A DNA stretch of 64,000 bases from Spirochaetia bacterium (lineage in GTDB: Bacteria > Spirochaetota > Spirochaetia > SZUA-6 > Bin103), in assembly GCA_965203055.1 (NCBI GenBank), contig OZ241863.1:2272001-2336000 (forward strand), written 5' to 3'. Shown piece after piece: positions 40,568-50,728 of the stretch. The position numbers and the translations under genes were made by a program. Position 1 is the first letter of the stretch. Every line of letters begins with the position of its first letter. The notes beneath the pieces were generated by a model. That model saw only the letters and a list, made by a program, of their open reading frames with translations. It was not told the origin of the DNA and made no database searches.

Positions 40568-42217
40568 ATGGAACGCGTCGCGCCCCGTTCGCCCGTCCTG
40601 CTCAGCGCCGAGCAGGTCCGCCAGTTCATCGCCGACGGCTATCTCGTGCTGCAGCCGTCGTTGCCGGCCAACCTGCACCGCGCCATCTGCCGGCGGCTTG
40701 CGGCGGCGATTCCGGCGGACGACAATCCCGGCAACAACATCCTGCCGCTGGTGCCGGAGATGCGCCACGTGCTGGAGGCGCCGGAAGTGCGCGGCGCCCT
40801 GCTCAGCCTGCTCGGTCCCGGCTACTTCGAGCATCCGCACCGCTATTGCCACATCGAAGCGCCGCAGTCCTCCGACGGCCTCGACTACCCCGCCAAGCTG
40901 GCCGCCAACAGCCACCAGGACGCCTACACGCCGCTCGACCGCCCGCGCCACCACCTGCTCCGCTACCTGCGGCTCATGTACTACCCGCAGGACACGCCGC
41001 AGGAGCTGGGCCCGACTCACGTCATTCCCGGCACTCAATTCAACGCCGGGCTGAACGACGCCGAGCGCGCGCGGCCGCTGCCGGTGCGCGGCGGCGCCGG
41101 CACGGTGAGTCTGACCCACTTCGACGTGGGACATGCCGCCGGGGTCAACTTCGGCGCGCAACGGCGCTTCATGGTGAAGTTCATCTTCATGCGCGCCGCG
41201 GCGCCGCAGGCCAACGGCTGGGCGGGGCCGGAGTGGGCCTGGACCCGCCCGGAGCAGAGCGCCGCGCCGGAGCGGCTGGAGCTCGCCTGGGCGCACCTCT
41301 GGGACTGGCTGCGCGGCGCGGAGCGGTACGCCAGCCTGAAGTCCGGAGCGCTGACCAACGGCGCGCAGGCCGATGTTGCCGGCCTGAGCGTGGCCGAGCT
41401 GAGCGCGCGTCTGGCCGCCGAGGCCGACAGTGCCTCGCGGATAGCGGCCGCGCATGCCCTGGCCGCCCGCGGCGCCGCGGCCGAGACGGCGGTACCGGCC
41501 CTGACCGCGGCCCTCAACCGCGATCCCGACCCGGTGCGCGTCGCCGCGACCTACGCTCTCGGAGCGATCGGCGCGCCGGCGGTGGAGCCGCTGGCCGCCC
41601 TGCTGCGCGGCTCCGGCGCCGCCCTGCCCCACCTGCTGCGCGGGTTCGGCCGCCGCAACTCCGGCGCGCTGCTCATGGACGACGCCGGATACGCGCTGGC
41701 GGCGGTCGGCGCGCCGGCGCTTCCGGCCCTGGTCGAGTTGCTGCGGGACGACAGCGAGTGGGCGCGCGTCAACGCCGCCTTCGCCCTCGGCGAGATGGAC
41801 GCCGCCGCCCGGGACGCGGTGCCCGCGCTGGTGGACGCGCTGGAGGATGAATCGCAGTACGTAGTGCGCGCCGCCGCGGACGCGCTGGGGGCGGTGGGCG
41901 CTGCCGAGGCCGCGGCTTCCCTCGGCGCCCTGCTGCACGCCGAACGTCCCGGCTGGGACGCGGTCCAGCAGCGCGGCTGGTGCATCCGCGACCAGGTGCG
42001 GGTCAACGCGGCCACCGCGCTCGCGCGCCTCGGACCGGGCGCCGCCGCCGCCGAGGCCGACCTGATCGCCGCGCTCGACGACCCCTGCGGCCAGGTTACG
42101 ACCTTCGTGCTGACCGCGCTGCGCCGCCTCGGCACGCCCGCGGCCATGGACGCCGCCCTCGCCATGCTCAACGCCCAACGCTGGGACCCCTCCCTCAATG
42201 CCCCCCACCGCTTCTGA
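40568..42217 (+). CDS. PhyH-like Fe(II)/2-oxoglutarate dioxygenase fused to HEAT/PBS repeats
   Basis: QVRQFIADGYL, HQD, YYPQD..GPT..IPGT and distal His (GHAAG), followed by repeated AVPAL..AL..D..VR..AA.ALG units. Confidence 0.82.
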   Translation: MERVAPRSPVLLSAEQVRQFIADGYLVLQPSLPANLHRAICRRLAAAIPADDNPGNNILPLVPEMRHVLEAPEVRGALLSLLGPGYFEHPHRYCHIEAPQSSDGLDYPAKLAANSHQDAYTPLDRPRHHLLRYLRLMYYPQDTPQELGPTHVIPGTQFNAGLNDAERARPLPVRGGAGTVSLTHFDVGHAAGVNFGAQRRFMVKFIFMRAAAPQANGWAGPEWAWTRPEQSAAPERLELAWAHLWDWLRGAERYASLKSGALTNGAQADVAGLSVAELSARLAAEADSASRIAAAHALAARGAAAETAVPALTAALNRDPDPVRVAATYALGAIGAPAVEPLAALLRGSGAALPHLLRGFGRRNSGALLMDDAGYALAAVGAPALPALVELLRDDSEWARVNAAFALGEMDAAARDAVPALVDALEDESQYVVRAAADALGAVGAAEAAASLGALLHAERPGWDAVQQRGWCIRDQVRVNAATALARLGPGAAAAEADLIAALDDPCGQVTTFVLTALRRLGTPAAMDAALAMLNAQRWDPSLNAPHRF

Positions 42218-42266
42218 CCGGAGCCGGGCCCCTTACGCCGCAGTTATGGTTTTTTGGCGTCGGCAG

Positions 42267-42295
42267 TTGACGAAAATTGCATGGAAGTGTATCCT
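42267..42295 (+). promoter_or_regulatory. Sigma70-type promoter candidate
   Basis: TTGACG-17 nt-TATCCT in an AT-rich patch. Confidence 0.45.
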
Positions 42296-42405
42296 CTCCT
42301 TCATTACTACCCATCAAGTTCGCCCCTCGATATTTGCAAGGGGTTCAGGCGGCTTGATCAATACCACCCCAGGGACGCCCTTGTGGCGTCCCTGCATTTT
42401 GCACC

Positions 42406-42475
42406 ATGGACCTGCCCACTTCCGAGCACCGTGTCCGCGTACGAGTATTCGTCGACTTCTGGAACTTCCAAGCAA
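42406..42475 (+). pseudogene. N-terminal remnant of a NYN-domain gene
   Basis: RVRVFVDFWNFQ matches the first strand of NYN/LabA nucleases (hFhDxxN); the rest of the domain is absent. Confidence 0.4.
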
Positions 42476-42525
42476 TGCTGTCTTCCAATTTGCTGCTATG
42501 TGCGGTATCATCGGCGGAGGTGCAA

Positions 42526-42792
42526 ATGAAAATAAAACCATGGAAACAAGCGACTGAGGATGCAATTGTCCGTATCTGTCGTAGAACAGGTACGAAGATA
42601 TTCGACTTCAGTAGCCTTGTCAGGCAAGAGCTACCCCAGATTGTCAAGGAGACCCAGACAAAAGGAAAGACACCGGAAAAGTCGCTATCGAAGTATCTGC
42701 AGGACTTGAAAGGAAGGAAAATAGAGTTTGTCGATCATCAAGGCACGTACAAGTTGATAGACGATGATCTCGTGGCGAGATGTTCCAGATGA
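42526..42792 (+). CDS. Small winged-helix protein resembling domains attached to restriction/HNH nucleases
   Basis: GGAGG RBS; KGKTPEKSLSKYLQDL..IEFVD..GTYKL pattern. Confidence 0.45.
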   Translation: MKIKPWKQATEDAIVRICRRTGTKIFDFSSLVRQELPQIVKETQTKGKTPEKSLSKYLQDLKGRKIEFVDHQGTYKLIDDDLVARCSR

Positions 42793-42949
42793 GCCTCAGG
42801 TGATGGGCCGGGCCGCTGGTGTGGATTCTTTATGATGAGGCGCTACTTCCCGCAGCCGATTATGGCGTGCCGCATACGCGGGGTAGACGGGCGGCGGGGC
42901 AGCGTGTAAGGTGATCTAACCAACCGGACCACCTCACCTCAGGTAGCGG

Positions 42950-43080
42950 CCGGAACGGCCGGCGGTAGCTTTCGACATTGAGTTCGAAGATGGTCGCGCG
43001 ATGCACCAGCCGATCGACCGCCGACCGGGTCATGGTGGGTCGGGGAAGATGGTGTCCCACTTGCCGAACGGCGCGCCCGC
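42950..43080 (-). pseudogene. IS21-family istB C-terminal remnant (copy 1)
   Basis: AVDRLVHRATIFELNVESYRR. Confidence 0.75.
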
Positions 43081-43108
43081 CGTGGGGGGACGCCCGGCGC
43101 GGCGGGGA

Positions 43109-43420
43109 CTATTGGCGGGGCGCGGTCTGCTCCGTGCCGTTGGCGTCGCGTTTGAGGGTGCGGTAGGTGGACTCGTCGATGCCGGTGGCGGAGTGGATTA
43201 CCGGCCACCCGATCCCGGCGCGCAGGAGCCCGTCGATGGTCTCCAGCCGGCCCTCCTGACGGCCTTCCAACCGGCCTTTCAACTCGCCCGCCTGTTGGCC
43301 TTCCTGCCGGCCCTTCAACTCACCTTCCTGGCGCCCTTTCAACTCGCCTTCCTGTTGGCCTTGCAACCGGCCTTCTTGGCGGAGCTCAGCTTCCCAGCGA
43401 TCGATCTTCTCTAACAGCAT
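43109..43420 (-). CDS. Predicted intragenic small Rpn protein (RpnS-type antitoxin, 103 aa)
   Basis: GAGGAGG-CAAGCGCA-ATG, in frame inside rpn at MLLEKIDRW. Confidence 0.6.
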   Translation of the reverse strand: MLLEKIDRWEAELRQEGRLQGQQEGELKGRQEGELKGRQEGQQAGELKGRLEGRQEGRLETIDGLLRAGIGWPVIHSATGIDESTYRTLKRDANGTEQTAPRQ

Positions 43421-44143
43421 TGCGCTTGCCTCCTCGTAGTCGCGAATCGACGGCAACTCCATGTCCCACTTCTGGCCCAGGGCGTCCAGCCACAGGTCGA
43501 AACTCTTCGTCAGTTCCGGCTCGTCCTCGGCGGCGAGCCACTGCCCCAACTCCCGCACCCGCTCCGCCAGCTCCCCAGCGCGCAGGCTGCGCTCCACTTC
43601 CGCCATCCAGGTTATCAGGTTCGGGCGCGGCAGGTCTTCCGCTGCCATCGCTACCAGATCAACCACGTCATAGCTCAGCGCGAGCTGCGCCGGGCCGTCG
43701 TGTTCCAGACTCGTCGGCACCAACTCCGCCAGCGACTGCGGCGCGTCCCACCGGGTGGCGCCGTTGTACAGCACGACGTGCAGCACCTGGTCGACGGTGT
43801 CGCCCTTGCGCCATCGGTGGTCGCGGTACTTCCGCTGGTACATCAGGCTGCTGTAGTTCAGGAACCGCATCGGCATCGAGTGGTCCACCGACGACTGATG
43901 CTCGATCAGCACCTGGATGGTCTGCGCGCTGCCGTCGGCGGCGCGGCGGTCGATCGACCAGACGACGTCGCTGAGCCGCCGGCGCAGGTAGTCGGTGACG
44001 TACTCGGCCGGACCTTCGCGCAGCGAGTCGAAGATGAGCGAGTCAGCCCAACCGGGAGGGCGCAGGCGGGCGATGAAGCCGAGGATCAGGTCCTTGACGG
44101 TGCGCCGGTGGTCGAGCAGGCGCTTGTACGATTCGTCGTTCAT
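43109..44143 (-). CDS. Rpn/YhgA-like PD-(D/E)xK nuclease (long form), intact
   Basis: DESYKRLLDH, SDVVW, LIEHQS, MPMRF and VVLYNGATRW, plus C-terminal (E/Q/K)Gxx four-residue repeats. Confidence 0.85.
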   Translation of the reverse strand: MNDESYKRLLDHRRTVKDLILGFIARLRPPGWADSLIFDSLREGPAEYVTDYLRRRLSDVVWSIDRRAADGSAQTIQVLIEHQSSVDHSMPMRFLNYSSLMYQRKYRDHRWRKGDTVDQVLHVVLYNGATRWDAPQSLAELVPTSLEHDGPAQLALSYDVVDLVAMAAEDLPRPNLITWMAEVERSLRAGELAERVRELGQWLAAEDEPELTKSFDLWLDALGQKWDMELPSIRDYEEASAMLLEKIDRWEAELRQEGRLQGQQEGELKGRQEGELKGRQEGQQAGELKGRLEGRQEGRLETIDGLLRAGIGWPVIHSATGIDESTYRTLKRDANGTEQTAPRQ

Positions 44144-44309
44144 GGAGTCTCCGTCGATGGCGGCGCCGTGCCGGCCGCGGCCGGGGAGCCGGGTAGTGCA
44201 GCGGCGGTGCCATTCTCTGACCCTACAACGGCGCCGCGTCGGCCGCGCTTGCATTTGGCGGCGCGGCGCGTTCGCCGTGGTGGACGCGCCTCCGGCCCGG
44301 CGGCACGGA

Positions 44310-44510
44310 CTACTGGCGGGGCGCGGTCTGCTCCGTGCCGTGGGCGGCGTGGCGTTTGAGGGTGCGGCAGGTGGGCTCGTCGATGCCGGTGGCGGAGTGG
44401 ATCACCGGCCACTCGATCCCGGCCCGCAGGAGCCCGTCGATGGTCTCCAGCCGGCCGTCCTTGCCGGCCCTTCGACTCGCTCTTCCAGCCGGCCTTCAAC
44501 GCCTTCGCGG
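44310..44510 (-). pseudogene. Decayed rpn 3' fragment (third copy)
   Basis: Matches about 43109-43260 with substitutions and indels. Confidence 0.75.
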
Positions 44511-44580
44511 CCCCTCCGATCCTCCTCTGTCGGAGACAGCCGCCCTGCTCGCGCATTCTCACCTTGATTGTCGCTGAACA
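44511..44580 (-). mobile_element. IS21-family terminal remnant (probably the end upstream of istA)
   Basis: The minus strand reads TGTTCAGCGACAATCAAGGTGAGAA, followed by a GAGGAGG RBS-like sequence. It matches the end at 45558. Confidence 0.65.
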
Positions 44581-44785
44581 AGCGTGCGTAGCTTCCTGGA
44601 CAGCAACGTGCTGGCCTACCGACGATGTCGGCGACAGAGCGAGGCAGGCGAAGGCGTTGGCGCTGTACCAGACCTGCCGGGAGCAGCGGCAGCGGCGTGA
44701 TCTCGATGCAGGTCCTGCAGGAGTATTTCGTGACCGCGACTCGCAAGCTCGGTGTGGCCACCGTAGTGGCGAGGCGCAAGTGGAG
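44581..44785 (+). pseudogene. Decayed duplicate of the vapC 5' half
   Basis: Near-identical to about 45205-45410, with indels. Confidence 0.8.
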
Positions 44786-44837
44786 CTGAGGCGCTTAAGG
44801 AACTTGCGGATCCCGACGAATCAATAGCTGGCGCGTT

Positions 44838-44939
44838 GGCGAGCCCGGCGGTCAGGTGTGGTGGTGGCCGGGGCCGGCCAGGCGGGCGGGCGGAGCGCTG
44901 GTCGATTCCGGCGCAGGCGGCTTGTACTAGGCCGCTACC
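44838..44939. repeat. Decayed duplicate of the ureG 3' end
   Basis: Matches about 46788-46893 (GGTCAGGTGTGGTGGTGGCCGGGGCCGGCC...GATTCCGGCGCAGGCGGCTTG). Confidence 0.8.
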
Positions 44940-44987
44940 CGTTCGCCGCGGGTGGACGCGGGATACGTGTGCACATATACTGTGCGC

Positions 44988-45215
44988 ATGAATCTTACGC
45001 TTTCACTGGACGACAAGGTGGTGGCCGAGGCTCGAAAGTCGGCCGCGGCACTCGGGTTGAGTCTCAATCAGGCGGTGCGGGATTACTTGACAAGCCTCGC
45101 GGGCCGAAGCTCCGCCGACGATGAAATCGCCGAAGTCCGACGCCTCTCCGAGCTGGCGTGCGGCGACCGCGCCGGCTGGCGCTTCGACCGCGACGAGCTG
45201 CATCAGCGTGCGTAG
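44988..45215 (+). CDS. RHH-type antitoxin (VapB/DUF6364-like)
   Basis: MNLTLSLDDKVV..AR..A...GLSLNQAVRDYL and terminal FDRDELH; overlaps the PIN gene start. Confidence 0.8.
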   Translation: MNLTLSLDDKVVAEARKSAAALGLSLNQAVRDYLTSLAGRSSADDEIAEVRRLSELACGDRAGWRFDRDELHQRA

Positions 45216-45579
45216 CTTCCTGGACAGCAACGTGCTGGCCTACACCGACGATGCCGGCGACAGAGCGAAGCAAGCGAAGGCGTTGGAGCTGTACCAGACC
45301 TGCCGCAGCAGCGGCAGCGGCGTGATCTCGATGCAGGTCCTGCAAGAGTATTTCGTGACCGCGACTCGCAAGCTCGGTGTGGCCACCGCAGTGGCGAGGC
45401 GCAAAGTGGAGCTGTTCGCGAAGATGGATGTCGTGATTCCGCAGACCGAAGACATCCTGGCGGCCATCGATCTGGTGCGCCTGCACTCGGTGTCGTTCTG
45501 GGACGCACTGATTGTGCGCGCCGCGCAGGTGTCACGATGTTCGGTACTCTACTCGGATGTAGCGCGACAATCAGGATGA
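45208..45579 (+). pseudogene. vapC: PIN-domain VapC toxin, C-terminally truncated by the IS21 end at 45558
   Basis: FLDSNVLAY, QVLQEYF and SFWDALIV. The expected LYSED is broken as TAC TCG GA|TGT. Confidence 0.8.
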
Positions 45580-45895
45580 GAACCAAGCGACAATCAAGGT
45601 GAGAAAATCGGGGTCGCAACGACCGGGACGATGCCACAAGCGGGCGTGGTGAGCACGAGAAGCGGCGGCGCGGGAGCCGCCGTCGGGGTCGCGATAGAAC
45701 GGTGAGATCGGCGCCGGTCGGGAGGGCGTGATGGCGCTTGCGAACGGCTGGCGGGCGGCGGGAGGGTAGCGGCCGGAGCAACGGCTTTCGACGTTGAGTT
45801 CGAAGATGGTCGCGCGATGCACCAGCCGATCGACCGCCGCCAGGGTCATGGTGGGGTCAGGGAAGATGATGTCCCACTTGCCGAACGGCGCGCCC
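45558..45895 (-). mobile_element. IS21-family end plus istB C-terminal remnant (copy 2)
   Basis: Terminal TGT, two sub-terminal repeats (GCGACAATCAGGATGAGAA at 45564-45582 and GCGACAATCAAGGTGAGAA at 45587-45605), and PFGKWDIIFPDPTMTLAAVDRLVHRA. Confidence 0.75.
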
Positions 45896-45926
45896 GCCGT
45901 GGGGGGGACGCCCGGCGCGGCGGGGA

Positions 45927-46790
45927 CTATTGGCGGGGCGCGGTCTGCTCCGTGCCGTTGGCGTCGCGTTTGAGGGTGCGGTAGGTGGACTCGTCGATGC
46001 CGGTGGCGGAGTGGATTACCGGCCACCCGATCCCGGCCCGCAGGAGCCCGTCGATGGTCTCCAGCCGGCCTTCCTGCCGGCCCTTCAACTCACCTTCCTG
46101 GCGCCCTTTCAACTCGCCTTCCTGTTGGCCTTGCAACCGGCCTTCTTGGCGGAGCTCAGCTTCCCAGCGATCGATCTTCTCTAACAGCATTGCGCTTGCC
46201 TCCTCGTAGTCGCGAACCGACGGCAACTCCATGTTCCACTTCTGGCCCAGGGCTCCCAGCCACAGGTCGAAACTCTTCGTCAGTTCCGGCTCGTCCTCGG
46301 CGGCGAGCCACTGTCCCAACTCCCGCACCCGCTCCGCCAGCTCCCCGGCGCGCCGGCTGCGCTCCACTTCCGCCACCCACGTTATCAGGTTTCGGGCGCG
46401 GCAAGTCTTCCGCTGCCAGCGCTACCAGATCAACCACGTCATAGCTCAGCGCGAGATGCGCAGGGCCGTCGTGTTCCGCACTCGCCGGCACCAGCCCCGC
46501 CAGCGACTGCGGCGCGTCCCAGCGGGTGGCGCCGTTGTACAGCACCACGTGCAGCACCTGGTCGACGGTGTCGCCCTTGCGCCACCGGCGGTCGCGGTAC
46601 TTCCGCTGATACATCAGGCTGCCGTAGTTCAGGAACCGTAGCGGCATCGAGCGGTCCACCGAGGACTGATGCTCGATCAGCACCTGGATGGTCCGCACGT
46701 TGCCGTCGGCGGCGCGGCGGTCGATCGACCAGACGACATCGCTGAGCCGCCGGGGCAGGCCGGCGGACGGCGCTTGATGAGCGAGTCGGC
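45927..46790 (-). pseudogene. Second rpn copy: 5' truncated and frameshifted, with the internal small ORF (45927-46190, 87 aa) intact
   Basis: Near-identical to 43109-43988, with an extra T near 46391 and a repeat tract 48 bp shorter. The same internal GAGGAGG-ATG is present. Confidence 0.82.
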
Positions 46791-46802
46791 GAGCCCCGGT
46801 GG

Positions 46803-47528
46803 TCAGGTGTGGTGGTGGCCGGGGCCGGCCCAGGCGGGGCGGGCGGAGCGCCGGTCGATTCCGGCGCAGGCGGCTTGCACCCAGGCCGCTACCTGGTCGA
46901 CGCCGGCGCCCGCCTTCAGGTTGGTCATGAGGAACGGCAGGAGGCCGCGCGCGGCGCGGACGTCGGCGGCCATGCGCTCCAGGTCCACCTCGACGTAGGG
47001 CGCCAGGTCCACCTTGTTGACCACCAGCAGGTCGCTGCGGGTGATTCCCAGGCCGCCCTTGCGGGGTATGTCGCCGCCCTGCGCCACGTCAATGACGTAG
47101 ATCTGGTAGTCCACCAGGTCGGGGCTGAAGCTGGCCGCCAAGTTGTCGCCGCCGCTCTCGATGAACGCCATGCCGGCGTCGTCGAACCGCTCCAGGAGCA
47201 GTTCCAGGGCGTCGACGTTCAGGGAAATGTCGTCGCGCACCGCGGCGTGCGGGCAGCCGCCGGTCTCCACGCCCACGATGCGCCCCGCGGCCAGCGCGCC
47301 GGCGCGAATCAGGAAATCGGCGTCCTCGCGGGAGTAGATGTCGTTGGTGACGGCGACGATGGAGTGCGCGCCGGCCAGCGCCTGGCAGAGGCGCAGCAGC
47401 AGGTGGCTCTTGCCGGCGCCGACCGGGCCGCCGATGCCGAAGCGCACCGCCCCGGCGCGGCGGCCGTGGGGGAGATGGTGGCCGCGGGGATCGTGCATGA
47501 GGTCGTTCGTTGCCGTTGCCATGGTCAT
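46803..47528 (-). CDS. ureG: Urease accessory GTPase UreG
   Basis: GGPVGAGKS, TNDIY, ETGGCPH, ESGGDNL and NKVD. Confidence 0.95.
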   Translation of the reverse strand: MTMATATNDLMHDPRGHHLPHGRRAGAVRFGIGGPVGAGKSHLLLRLCQALAGAHSIVAVTNDIYSREDADFLIRAGALAAGRIVGVETGGCPHAAVRDDISLNVDALELLLERFDDAGMAFIESGGDNLAASFSPDLVDYQIYVIDVAQGGDIPRKGGLGITRSDLLVVNKVDLAPYVEVDLERMAADVRAARGLLPFLMTNLKAGAGVDQVAAWVQAACAGIDRRSARPAWAGPGHHHT

Positions 47529-47539
47529 GGTCAAGCTCC

Positions 47540-48267
47540 TCAACTGCGGAAGTAGCGCGCTTCGAGCTGGCCGTGGCCGAGCACGGCCAGGTCCCAGCCG
47601 GGGGTGACGGCGGCCAGCGGGCCGCGCGCGCGCGCGGCGCCGCGCGCCAGCTCGGCGATCTCGTCCAGCAGGCCGCCGGCCACCGCCAGCGCCTCGCTCT
47701 GACCGATCGGCACGGTGCGCAGCGCCACCTGGGTCCACTGGCGCGCGGCGTTGAGCAGGTAGGCCTGCGCCAGCGCGCCGGCGTCGATCTTCAGCTCCGC
47801 GCCCAGGAATCCCCACACCACCGGCTGCTGCAGCCGCGGCGCGCCGCCGCGCGCGGCCTGCCGCGCCGCGGCGTAGCGCGGGCTTGAGCGCAGGCCGGCG
47901 AACGCCGCGCCGGCCGCGGTCAACAGCGAACGCCCCAGTTGGCCGCCGGCCGCGCGCGCCTCGCCCGACGGCAGGAAGCTGGCCACCTCGTCGCTGAGCC
48001 GCGCCAGCCGGCGCGCCACGTGCTCCGCCGCGCCCTCCCCCGCCGCCTGCGCGGCCCGCACCACCGCGCGGCCCTCCAGCGGCGCCACGCCGTAACGCAG
48101 CGCGTCGCCGATCCAGGCGCTCAGGCTGGCGGCGCCGGTCACCCAGCCGTGCCGGATCGCCCACTCCAACCCCCAGGAGTGGGCGAACGCGCCGGTCGGA
48201 AACGCGCTGTCCGCCAGCAGCAGCAGACGGCTCAGCTCCCGCTCCTCCCGCAACGGCCGCGCCCTAC

Positions 48268-48271
<4 letters not shown>
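47540..48271 (-). CDS. ureF: Urease accessory protein UreF
   Basis: [23 protein letters not shown] and terminal RYFRS. Confidence 0.9.
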
Positions 48272-49999
<1,728 letters not shown>

Positions 50000-50007
<8 letters not shown>

Positions 50008-50392
50008 CGCCGAACCCCCGCTCGCGGACCGCGCGCAAGGCCGCGGCCCGCACCGCTTCGTCATCCAGGGCGCCTTCCACCAGACCGTTGAGGCCGTGGC
50101 ACACGCGCTCGCCGCCGAACGCCACCAGCGTCACCGTGTGGCGCTGGCCCGGTTCGAAGCGCACCGCGGTGCCGGCCGGAATCGCGAGCTTCATGCCGTA
50201 GGCGCGGGCGCGCTCGAACTCCAGCGCGCGGTTGACCTCGAAGAAGTGGAAGTGGCTGCCCACCTGGATCGGGCGGTCGCCGGTGTTGGCGACCTGCAGC
50301 CGCGCCGCCGGCCGCTGCGGCAGGCTGCGCCAGCCGGCGCGCGCGGTCCAGAGCTGGCCGGGAGCCCAGTCGTCGCCGGTGTCGTAGTTCAT
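50000..50392 (-). CDS. ureB: Urease subunit beta
   Basis: [19 protein letters not shown] and [10 protein letters not shown]. Confidence 0.95.
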
Positions 50393-50399
50393 CGTTGCC

Positions 50400-50699
50400 T
50401 CACTGAATCGGATGATGCAGGGTCACCAGCTTGGTCCCATCCGGGAAGGTGGCTTCGACCTGCACGCTGGGAAGCATTGCCGGAATCCCGCTCATCACCT
50501 GGTCGGCGGAGAGAATGCCGGGCCCCAGCTCGACGATGTCCGCCAGCGACCGGCCCTCGCGCGCCCACTCCATGATCTGCGCGGCGATCAGCGCGGTGGC
50601 CTCCGGGTAGTTGAGCTTGACGCCGCGCGCCAGGCGGTCGCGCGCCACCATCGCGGCCACCGCCAGCAGCAGCTTCTCCCGTTCGTGGGGGGTAAACAT
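50400..50699 (-). CDS. ureA: Urease subunit gamma
   Basis: [10 protein letters not shown] and [13 protein letters not shown]. Confidence 0.95.
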   Translation of the reverse strand: MFTPHEREKLLLAVAAMVARDRLARGVKLNYPEATALIAAQIMEWAREGRSLADIVELGPGILSADQVMSGIPAMLPSVQVEATFPDGTKLVTLHHPIQ

Positions 50700-50728
50700 C
50701 TTCTAGGCGCGCTCCGTCATGGCGCCCA

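Noticed and set aside
43245..43380. CRISPR array
   Set aside because: These are in-frame 12-bp coding repeats without spacers. No cas genes or regularly spaced repeats were seen in the window.
42950..46900. Diversity-generating retroelement template/variable repeat pair
   Set aside because: Differences between copies are not adenine-specific, include indels, and no reverse transcriptase is present.
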